Shown: in pieces, positions 28,901 to 35,677 of the stretch
Position numbering within the stretch: position 1 is the stretch's first letter
Layout: each line of letters begins with the position of its first letter
From: Prevotellaceae bacterium
GTDB lineage: Bacteria > Bacteroidota > Bacteroidia > Bacteroidales > UBA932
Length of the DNA stretch: 56,877 nt
NCBI GenBank assembly: GCA_031288865.1
Contig: JAITQN010000037.1
Location: 1 to 56,877, forward strand
Reading direction: 5' to 3'
The notes under the pieces: model-generated
What the model saw: only the letters and a program-made list of their open reading frames with translations
The model's database searches: none
Told to the model about the DNA's origin: nothing
Program-made: the position numbers and the translations under genes

Positions 28901-30071
28901 GACCGCTTCGTATAGCCTTGCGAAGAACGACCTGCTCGGGAAGCTGCTGGAGTTGGGATTTTCCCAAGGAACGACTGCTAATCAGACGGTGTATTGGAAA
29001 GTGGATATGCAAACGCCCGACGACCAGGTGGCCAACCCATCGGCCTCGAGGACTTTTAGAGTGAGCAACTTCCCGACGATACTCACAGCCCCGGCCAACA
29101 ATGCCGCTTACACGCTCGATTACAAAACACCCAGCACCAACGTGACCACCTTCACGTGGGTTAACGTGGGCGCCACGCAGTATGAACTGCTCTTCAGCAA
29201 AAATGCCAACATGAGCAACCCGGTGGTTGTACCCGTAACCGGCACGAGCAAGGCCTACACCCACCAGGAACTGCAAACCGCCCTTATTGGCTCCGCCGTT
29301 GCACCGAAGAAATATAAGACCAACACGGTGTATTGGAGCGTGCGGATAGCCGGACAAACCTCGCCCCTGACCGGCGTGACGCCAAGAGCCGTGAAAGTGG
29401 GCGGATACCGCTACTATGTCTACCCCAACACCAGCGCCAACACCTACGAGGTGACGGTAGTGACCCTTACCAACACGCAGGCCGGGAAAGAAGTGGTGTG
29501 GATGACCCGCAACCTCAACGAAACGGTGGGCGTGAATGACGCAGTACTGGCAACGTATAATGGCCCCGCTTTTAGAGATCCACCGGCTGGCTGGCTACGC
29601 TCCGAATATGCATCATTCGTGGGCAAATACTATAACAATTTTGGAGTACAGCAGGACATAATGAGACCCCTCCTTATACCGTCGGACTGTAAGCTCCCCA
29701 TCTACGAAGACTTTATGGATGTGATAAACGAAGCCGTAACCACCGTCGGGTGGGCAGACCAGGTATTAGCTCAGGGTGTTGCCGGAAGAGGTACAAACGC
29801 TTGGGGTTTGAATTTTACTAACCACGGACTTAAAGCAAACTGTAATGATGACGACTCTGATTGGCAACAGCAGCCGGAGATTAGCCATGGAAATGAAGCG
29901 CCTGTCCTGATATATGCCCAAGATTTTATGAACCCCAATACCCAGTACAACGATTTTGTTGATAATGGAGTAATCTGCGTCTTTTGTTGGGGAGAATTGG
30001 GTACTTGGAAGTGGACTATTTATGGCATGTTACAGTGGCGGTTAATGTATACCGGAGATGACGATTTGTAA
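25917..30071 (+). CDS. Giant surface lipoprotein (1384 aa) with 10 tandem SusE-like repeats plus a C-terminal FISUMP-like domain
   Basis: LAYVSCEKEEE lipobox/export signal. Ten repeats, each ending (L/F/V)YW(S/K)(I/V). Repeats 7 and 8 are very similar, mirrored by twin 101-aa antisense shadow ORFs 27965-28270 and 28307-28612. The C-terminus is collinear with 13762-14877. Confidence 0.75.
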   Translation: MKKLSLIMSVLLAGLAYVSCEKEEEQDIEKVISLTTPPANTLFDLATVSDVSFAWKEQGAIEGNYKWLLSKTDDLKAAKEKHANNNPFVVSAEELEQLLEELGIVQEETPEPQTLYWSIVAGEVKAKARPIKLVRKPLRLTPEIALTAPPNSESFDLQKVTGVNFRWSVNSVNPITDLVLVLDDDATFANPATYTVTTSPFKLNAGTLDSLLMTKGVPREGSRTLHWSVWPADAAIAADTYTRSINLTRIKQARIALSAPENGADFDLTDDGLSKITFAWEKIVTSEMNITNYVLEVSADASFTSPAAITVNGATSHDVLRDQLTTWIIATGTLKGQEHTFYWSVKPETPGLEIILDTLRFDLRRRAKTEISLNAPAADETIDLLPAYASPLEFTWDMYPTDTITKFQLVISENSDLSGTGNFVVPVTASPATVTGKDLDDWLSAAGKEKGSTTDLYWSIRPVVTGLDVTTHARPVKLTRVLPTVITLNMPAAEASINTDTRPDGIIFTWTITPSIDAGLPVDFVISADNFASSTTHANATSPATVTIAGLEKLLNGGSALPEKQHYDFYWKVVPHDAAVDAATYSQHIDVHNSPAPTIAPTAPATDVTYDLLTHTANVDFGWTVNQPVTFDFNLVTGRQSDLSDAATHTTVATTASSITLTPADFDALAEAAGIARGASGDFYWSIYPAVANPIDNAKTTIRKFTVIRRPFPIITVTAPGNNTAFDLNSLAANTDFTWTVDQTGVFSDFNLVIGKESDLSDGAKVKNGTSPISVTPAELDALAKAAGVERNSSGTFYWSILPGDAETETAITDTNKFSVTRKPAPTITLTAPANNATAALATVTNVNFGWTVAPTGVFTDFKLVIGKESDLSDGVAAKTGTTSPINMTAAELDAVAATAGGLKGHDQVLYWSIQPNSAFDPEDSPTTYIRKHTVTRIPAPAITLTGPNNNTTSNLNSVTSVNFTWNDIASAAPYKLILCKDNTFATVKTVENITTASYSLAKNDLLGKLLELGFSQGTTANQTVYWKVDMQTPDDQVANPSASRTFRVSNFPTILTAPANNAAYTLDYKTPSTNVTTFTWVNVGATQYELLFSKNANMSNPVVVPVTGTSKAYTHQELQTALIGSAVAPKKYKTNTVYWSVRIAGQTSPLTGVTPRAVKVGGYRYYVYPNTSANTYEVTVVTLTNTQAGKEVVWMTRNLNETVGVNDAVLATYNGPAFRDPPAGWLRSEYASFVGKYYNNFGVQQDIMRPLLIPSDCKLPIYEDFMDVINEAVTTVGWADQVLAQGVAGRGTNAWGLNFTNHGLKANCNDDDSDWQQQPEISHGNEAPVLIYAQDFMNPNTQYNDFVDNGVICVFCWGELGTWKWTIYGMLQWRLMYTGDDDL

Positions 30072-30097
30072 TTAACAATTAACAATGGATAATGAAT

Positions 30098-30147
30098 AAT
30101 AGGACACAATCCTCACCCCCAGCCCCTCTCCTGAAGGAGAGGGGGGC
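30098..30147. repeat. GC-rich hairpin repeat element (REP-like), copy 1
   Basis: aataggacacaatcctcacccccagCCCCTCTCCtgaaGGAGAGGGGggc. It is near-identical to 34138-34187. Confidence 0.8.
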
Positions 30148-30153
30148 GCGCAC

Positions 30154-30670
30154 CGTCATGCCGAGCTTGTCGAGGCATCTGCCCGCAAACGCAACGCCCT
30201 TAACAGGGGCAGGAGCGGAAGTCGGCAGATTCCTCGCTTCGCTCGGAATGACGGGTGGGTCGTGCCTCCGTCATTTCGACCGGAGCGAGCGCAGCGAGCG
30301 GAGTGGAGAAATCTGCCGTAAAACAAAGTAGATAAATGCAAAAAGGTGGATACATATACATAATGACGAACAAAAACAAGACGACGCTCTACATTGGCGT
30401 AACCAACAACCTGCGACGTCGCGTAGGGGAGCATCGCACGCATTATATGCCCCATTCGTTCACCGATAGGTATAATTTGGAATATTGCATTTACTTTGAA
30501 CACTTCGCAGGTATAGAACAAGCGATTAATCGCGAAACGCAATTGAAAAAATGGAACAAGACGAAAAAGGAAATGTTGATAAATGCTAAAAACCCCGAAT
30601 GGAAGGATTTGTGGAATGATATTGAGGGAATGGCTATATAAACAGATGCCTCGACAAGCTCGGCATGACG
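30154..30670. mobile_element. GIY-YIG gene cassette bracketed by a perfect 28-bp inverted repeat
   Basis: cgtcatgccgagcttgtcgaggcatctg (30154-30181) is the exact reverse complement of cagatgcctcgacaagctcggcatgacg (30643-30670). The interior is AT-rich relative to the island. Confidence 0.65.
30336..30641 (+). CDS. GIY-YIG nuclease-family protein (101 aa)
   Basis: GYIYIMTNKNKTTLYIGVTNNLRRRVGEH ... NRETQLKKW shows the GIY...YIG...R...E...N pattern of stand-alone GIY-YIG (UPF0213-like) proteins. Confidence 0.85.
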   Translation: MQKGGYIYIMTNKNKTTLYIGVTNNLRRRVGEHRTHYMPHSFTDRYNLEYCIYFEHFAGIEQAINRETQLKKWNKTKKEMLINAKNPEWKDLWNDIEGMAI

Positions 30671-30745
30671 GCGTTGTATGGGCGCTCCGGTCGGCATGAC
30701 GGCGTTGTCGCCCGGTTGGTAATAGTGAATAATGAACAACAAAAA

Positions 30746-33247
30746 ATGAAAAGAGCATTGATGAAAAAAAGATTGGTTATTGTTTTGTGCGGTGTGTTTT
30801 TCCTGACAAGGTGCGCGGCGGACGGGAATGTAGAGGCGCGGCGTGCTGCGTCTCTGCGCGCCCCGGCCTACCCGCTGGTGACCATCGACCCCTACACCAG
30901 CGCTTGGTCGGCCGGCGACCAACTGTACGACGGCCATGTGATGCACTGGACGGGCACGCACTTCCCGCTAATCGGCGCCATAAGGGTCGACGGGCAGGTG
31001 TACCGCTTCATGGGCATAGAGCATAAACACTACGAAACCGTAGTGCCCACCACCGGACAGATGGCCTGGGAAGGCGCCTACACCTTCGCCGAACCGCCGG
31101 CCGGCTGGCAGCAGCCGGAATTCGACGACAGCGCCTGGAAAAGAGGACCGGCCGCCTTCGGCTCGTCGATAGAAGGCGACGTGAAAACCCTCTGGCCCGA
31201 GCCGGCAAACGACATCTGGTTACGCCGCGAAATCAACCTCACGGCCAACGACATCACCCGCCGGACGCTCTACGTGCACTACTCGAACGACGACGACGTG
31301 ATCCTCTACCTCAATGGCGTGGAGGTGGCCAACGTCAACGGATGGGGCTTTCACCGGGTGGCGGCGCTGCCCGAAGCCGCAGTGCGCGCCCTGAAGCCCG
31401 GCAAGAACATACTGGCGGCACGCTGTACCAACACCGGCGGCCTGTCGTTCATTGACCTGGGCATGGACGCCGAAGTGCCGGCCACCTACCACCTGGCGCA
31501 AGCAGCCCAACAAACGGTGGCCGATGTGCAGGCCACGCAAACCCACTACACCTTCACCTGCGGGCCGGTGGAGCTGGAGCTCACCTTCACCGCACCGCTG
31601 CTGATGGACAACCTGGAGTACATCTCCCGGCCGGTGAATTATATGACCTACCGCGTGACGCCCACCGATGGCGCAGCCCACGACGTGGCCGTGTATGTGG
31701 AGGCGGCGCCCACCTGGGCGCTGGACAACTACCAGCAGCCCAGCCGCGCCGAGGGCGGTAGAAGCGGCGGCCTGGCCTGGCTGAGAACCGGCAGCGAATC
31801 CCAACATATCCTGGGCAAGCGCGGCGACGACGTCCGCATCGACTGGGGCTACTTCTACCTCTGCGGCGACGACACGCCCGCGTTCCAATACTACGTGGGC
31901 GACCCCGCCGGCCTGCGCGCAGCCTTTGCGCAACACACCCAACCCGCGGCGCCCGCGCCCGGCGCATACCACCACCTGGCGGTGGTTCACGCGCTGGGAC
32001 AGCTGAACGGCGCCACCTCGGGCAAAATCATGCTGGGCTACGACGACATTTTCTCCGTACAGTATTTCGGCGAAAACCTGCGCCCCTACTGGAACCGCTC
32101 GGGCATGGAAACCATTGCCTCGCAATTCCTGAAGGCGCACCAGGACTACGACAAGCTCCTCGACGCCTGCAACCGCTTCGACGCCGAACTGATGCGCTCG
32201 GCCACCGCCGCCGGCGGAAAAAAATATGCCGAACTCTGCGCGCTGGCCTACCGCCAGGCCATCTCCGCACACAAGCTCGTGCAGGCGCCCAACGGCGACC
32301 TGCTGTGGCTCTCGAAGGAAAACGGCAGCAACGGCAGCATCGGCACGGTGGATGTGACGTATCCCTCGGCGCCGCTGTTCCTGCTCTACAACCACGAGCT
32401 CTGCAAAGGGCTGCTCAACCATATCTTCTATTACAGCGAGAGCGGCCGCTGGAAAAAACCGTTCCCGGCGCATGACATAGGCTCGTATCCCATAGCCAAC
32501 GGAATGACCTACGGCCGCGACATGCCTACGGAAGAAGCCGGCAACATGCTTATCCTGACGGCGGCCATCGCCAAAGTGGAAGGCCATGCCAAATACGCGA
32601 AGAGCCACTGGAAAACACTGACCAAATGGGCCGAGTACCTGCTCAAAAACGGCGTAGACCCCGCCGACCAACTCTGTACCGACGACTTCGCGGGACACCT
32701 CGCCCACAACGCCAACCTTTCGATTAAGGCGGTGCTCGGCGTAGCCTCCTACGGCTACCTGGCCGGCGCGCTGGGAGAAAAGAAAACGGCGGAACGCTAC
32801 ATGAACGCGGCGCGCGAAATGGCGCAACAGTGGGAAGCCTTGGCCAACGCCGGCGACCACTACAAGCTGGCGTTCGACCAACCCGACAGCTGGAGCCAAA
32901 AATACAATCTAATATGGGATAAACTGCTTGGATTCGATCTCTTCCCGGAGAAAATCACGCGCACGGAACTGGCCTGGTACCTGACGCACCAAGACCGCTA
33001 TGGCTTGCCGTTAGACAGCCGCGAACACTACACGAAAACCGACTGGGTGATGTGGGTCGCCACGCTCTCGGACGACAAGGCGACGTTCGAGCAACTCATC
33101 GCGCCGGTACACGACTACATGAACGAAACGATCAAGCGCGTGCCCATGTCCGACTGGGTAAACACCGACCGGCCGACGCACCGCAGTCACATTGCCCGCT
33201 CGGTGGTGGGCGGCTATTTTATCAAACTGCTGAAAGAGAAATTATGA
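30746..33247 (+). CDS. Glutaminase-A-like putative glycoside hydrolase (DUF4964/DUF5127/DUF4965/DUF1793 architecture), GC-rich copy
   Basis: Start at ATG 30746 (MKRALMKKRLVIVLCGVFFLTRC). LRAPAYPLVTIDPYTSAW, IGAIRVDGQVYRFMG and YDDIFSVQYFGENLRPYW are typical of this family. About 830 aa. Paralog of 40754-43225. Confidence 0.75.
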   Translation: MKRALMKKRLVIVLCGVFFLTRCAADGNVEARRAASLRAPAYPLVTIDPYTSAWSAGDQLYDGHVMHWTGTHFPLIGAIRVDGQVYRFMGIEHKHYETVVPTTGQMAWEGAYTFAEPPAGWQQPEFDDSAWKRGPAAFGSSIEGDVKTLWPEPANDIWLRREINLTANDITRRTLYVHYSNDDDVILYLNGVEVANVNGWGFHRVAALPEAAVRALKPGKNILAARCTNTGGLSFIDLGMDAEVPATYHLAQAAQQTVADVQATQTHYTFTCGPVELELTFTAPLLMDNLEYISRPVNYMTYRVTPTDGAAHDVAVYVEAAPTWALDNYQQPSRAEGGRSGGLAWLRTGSESQHILGKRGDDVRIDWGYFYLCGDDTPAFQYYVGDPAGLRAAFAQHTQPAAPAPGAYHHLAVVHALGQLNGATSGKIMLGYDDIFSVQYFGENLRPYWNRSGMETIASQFLKAHQDYDKLLDACNRFDAELMRSATAAGGKKYAELCALAYRQAISAHKLVQAPNGDLLWLSKENGSNGSIGTVDVTYPSAPLFLLYNHELCKGLLNHIFYYSESGRWKKPFPAHDIGSYPIANGMTYGRDMPTEEAGNMLILTAAIAKVEGHAKYAKSHWKTLTKWAEYLLKNGVDPADQLCTDDFAGHLAHNANLSIKAVLGVASYGYLAGALGEKKTAERYMNAAREMAQQWEALANAGDHYKLAFDQPDSWSQKYNLIWDKLLGFDLFPEKITRTELAWYLTHQDRYGLPLDSREHYTKTDWVMWVATLSDDKATFEQLIAPVHDYMNETIKRVPMSDWVNTDRPTHRSHIARSVVGGYFIKLLKEKL

Positions 33248-33285
33248 GTTATGAATTATGAGTTATGAATTATGAATTTTGAATT
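33244..33285. repeat. ATGARTT heptamer array (third copy, 6 units)
   Basis: atgagtt atgaatt atgagtt atgaatt atgaatt ttgaatt, then atagtgt ATG(33293). The stop TGA of the upstream gene (33245-33247) lies in unit 1. Confidence 0.9.
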
Positions 33286-33292
33286 ATAGTGT

Positions 33293-34099
33293 ATGAAAAA
33301 AATGAAATTTACCTTAGCAATGCGCATCCCTGTGGTGGTTTGCGCGGCCGCCATGTTCTTCTTGAGCGCTTGTAGCGACGATGACAATGGCAAAAAGCCT
33401 GAACCCAAAACAGGCATTACGCTGATCGAGCCGAACGATGGCTGGGCTATCTATTTAACGGATGGCGAAAACACCACGTTCCGTTGGGAATCCTCTGTAG
33501 CGATTGACAGGTATCAGCTCCAGTTCAGCGCGTCGGAAGACTTTACGGCCGTGGAGACACTGGAAACGGCAGAAAAAACGCTAACCCTGCCGGCAGGAGA
33601 ATTCAACGACCTGATGGCTAACCTTAACGTGCCGGAAACAGGCGAGCACCACCCGGTATGGTGGACGGTGCGGCCGGCCGACGCAACGGTGAACGTAAAC
33701 TCCGAAGTGTGGATGCTCAAAGTAACACGCTTTGAGACGCCGCCACCACCCCCGCCGCCCACGCCACCCGCTACCGTAACATTGATAAAGCCGGCAAATG
33801 GCGACTCCTTTGATATGAATGTGCCGGATGACGTAACCTTTGAGTGGTCAGTCGACCCTGCAGGCGCCCCGGTGAAAGGCCTGATAGGACAACAACCGGA
33901 TTTGTCGGATATGCAGGAAGTAAACATCGGGACTAACCCGAGCCCATACACCGTGCCGGGTACAATGGCCGCGTTATTGCTGGCAGGTTATGGAGAAGCC
34001 GGTCAAACATACACACTGTACTATACCATTATTGCTGCCGACGCCAACTTGCAGCCCGGCACGGAAATAAGGTCCATAAGTGTTACACTGAAGAACTAA
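33293..34099 (+). CDS. Surface lipoprotein with two SusE-like repeats joined by a poly-proline linker
   Basis: Lipobox FFLSACSDDDN. Repeats ITLIEPNDGW...FRWES...VWWTV and VTLIKPANGDSFDM...FEWSV...LYYTI are separated by ETPPPPPPPTPP. Confidence 0.7.
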   Translation: MKKMKFTLAMRIPVVVCAAAMFFLSACSDDDNGKKPEPKTGITLIEPNDGWAIYLTDGENTTFRWESSVAIDRYQLQFSASEDFTAVETLETAEKTLTLPAGEFNDLMANLNVPETGEHHPVWWTVRPADATVNVNSEVWMLKVTRFETPPPPPPPTPPATVTLIKPANGDSFDMNVPDDVTFEWSVDPAGAPVKGLIGQQPDLSDMQEVNIGTNPSPYTVPGTMAALLLAGYGEAGQTYTLYYTIIAADANLQPGTEIRSISVTLKN

Positions 34100-34104
34100 G
34101 CGCC

Positions 34105-35661
34105 ATGAATAAGTACGAATCAGGAAATCCAATAAACAATAGGACGCAGTCCTCACCCCCAGCCCCTCTCCTGAAGGAGAGGGGGGCATCTCCCCCGCTG
34201 GCGGGGGTGGCCGAAGGCCGGGGGTGGACATTGCTCAGATACTGCTTGCTACTGCCTCTACTGTGGGCGGCCGGGTGCTCGGACGATAACAACGGGACCG
34301 ATCCAACGCCCGAGCCTGCGGAAGACGCCGCCGAAATCATCTATACGTTCGCGTCGAACGCGCCTGCTACCAACGCCTACACCGTTACGCTGAACGGCAA
34401 GCCCTGCTACGTCTTCCCCGCCCAAACCGCCGACATCGTCACCTTCGGCATCGACAACAGCAAGGGCGACGTAGAGGTAGCCATCACGTCGAAAGCGGCG
34501 GTGGCGAACGTGAAGATCCGCCCCACGAGCGCCGGGATTACGCCCGCAGTGAACGGAAACACCATCACCTTCACCCTCACAGGGCCGCAATACCTGAGCG
34601 TGGAAATTAACGACACCTACACCGGCCGGCCGCTGCTGCTCTTCGCCGATGCGCCGGAAACCGACATACCCGCCAGCAACGTGATTCGCTATGAGGCCGG
34701 GAAAATACACGATATCGGCGGCGACTTCGCCCTCACCGGAGAGAAGGCGGTGTATATCGCGCCGGGCGCCATCGTGTATGGCGGGCTGAAAGTGACCAAC
34801 CGGGAAAATATCCGCATCACCGGACGCGGCATCCTCTCCGGCGGCCGCTTTATCGACAGGGATTACCGGATGATGGAGCTGGAAAAACTGAGCAGGCTCC
34901 GGATAGAAGGCATCACCATTGTGGACTCGAAATCATGGACGGTGGCGCTGTCTGCCTGCAACGATATAGACATACAAGATGTGAAAATCGTGAACAGGGC
35001 GCCCACCGATGACGGTATCGATATCGTGGGCAGCCAAAACGTGCGGATAGACCACTGTTTCATCCATACCGCCGACGACTGCGTGGCCATCAAAGCCGGC
35101 GATGAATGGTACCTCGAGTATGCGCAGGACGATGTGGTGAACGTGTCGGTAAAGAACAGCGTGTTCTGGATACCCAACCCCGACTCCAATGTGTTTGAAA
35201 TAGGCTACGAAACCGGCGCCGACACCATCAAAAACATCCTCTACGAGAACAACGACATTATCCATCTGGTTGGCGCGGCGGCGTCCACGCGGGGCGCGTT
35301 CTCCATCCACAATTGCGGCCGCGCCGTGGTCGACAATATCAAGTACAAGGATATCCGCGTGGAAGACGCCTCCGTGTACCTGATGGATTTCAGGGTAATG
35401 TATGACCCGACTTACTCCAAAAAGGATACCAATCGGGGGAAAATCGGGGACGTCTACCTGGAGAACATATCGGTGACCACTACCCCCGGCGGCACAGTAA
35501 GCTCGATTATGCGCTCCTATTCCGCCACAGCGAATATTGAACATGTGTGGATTAAAAACATGACGGTGAATGGGCAGAAAATAACCCGGCAGGCTGACCT
35601 TAATTTGAACGCTGGTCAGCCGGGCGTTGCGTTGAATATGCCGGAAATTACAATTGAATAA
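34105..35661 (+). CDS. Right-handed beta-helix glycoside hydrolase (GH28/GH49-like), paralog C
   Basis: PTDDGIDIVGSQNVRIDHCFIHTADDCVAIKAG. Collinear with paralogs A and B. The first ~42 codons from ATG 34105 translate the REP-like element. The lipoprotein signal LLRYCLLLPLLWAAGCSDD begins at an in-frame TTG at 34231, which may be the true start. Confidence 0.7.
   Translation: MNKYESGNPINNRTQSSPPAPLLKERGASPPLAGVAEGRGWTLLRYCLLLPLLWAAGCSDDNNGTDPTPEPAEDAAEIIYTFASNAPATNAYTVTLNGKPCYVFPAQTADIVTFGIDNSKGDVEVAITSKAAVANVKIRPTSAGITPAVNGNTITFTLTGPQYLSVEINDTYTGRPLLLFADAPETDIPASNVIRYEAGKIHDIGGDFALTGEKAVYIAPGAIVYGGLKVTNRENIRITGRGILSGGRFIDRDYRMMELEKLSRLRIEGITIVDSKSWTVALSACNDIDIQDVKIVNRAPTDDGIDIVGSQNVRIDHCFIHTADDCVAIKAGDEWYLEYAQDDVVNVSVKNSVFWIPNPDSNVFEIGYETGADTIKNILYENNDIIHLVGAAASTRGAFSIHNCGRAVVDNIKYKDIRVEDASVYLMDFRVMYDPTYSKKDTNRGKIGDVYLENISVTTTPGGTVSSIMRSYSATANIEHVWIKNMTVNGQKITRQADLNLNAGQPGVALNMPEITIE
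34138..34230. repeat. GC-rich hairpin repeat element (REP-like), copy 2 with extra hairpins
   Basis: aataggacgcagtcctcacccccagCCCCTCTCCtgaaGGAGAGGGGggc, followed by CCCCCGC-tg-GCGGGGG and GGCC-gaa-GGCC. Confidence 0.75.
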
Positions 35662-35677
35662 CTTAAAAGAAAATATT

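Noticed and set aside
25917-30071. Regular ~340-nt periodic repeats that could superficially suggest a repeat array (CRISPR-like or satellite).
   Set aside because: The period is far too long and the units are diverged. The repeats are in frame within one long ORF encoding tandem protein domains, and there are no short direct repeats with unique spacers anywhere in the window.
30092-30331. 79-aa ORF MNNRTQSSPPAPLLKERGARTVMPSLSRHL...HFDRSERSERSGEI upstream of the GIY-YIG gene, and the 200-aa ORF 30156-30758(-).
   Set aside because: The sequence is composed of the REP-like hairpin, the 28-bp inverted repeat arm and other palindromes. The same pseudo-peptide (NNRTQSSPPAPLLKERGA) reappears at 34135-34190 purely because the DNA repeat is duplicated. 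It is not a credible protein.
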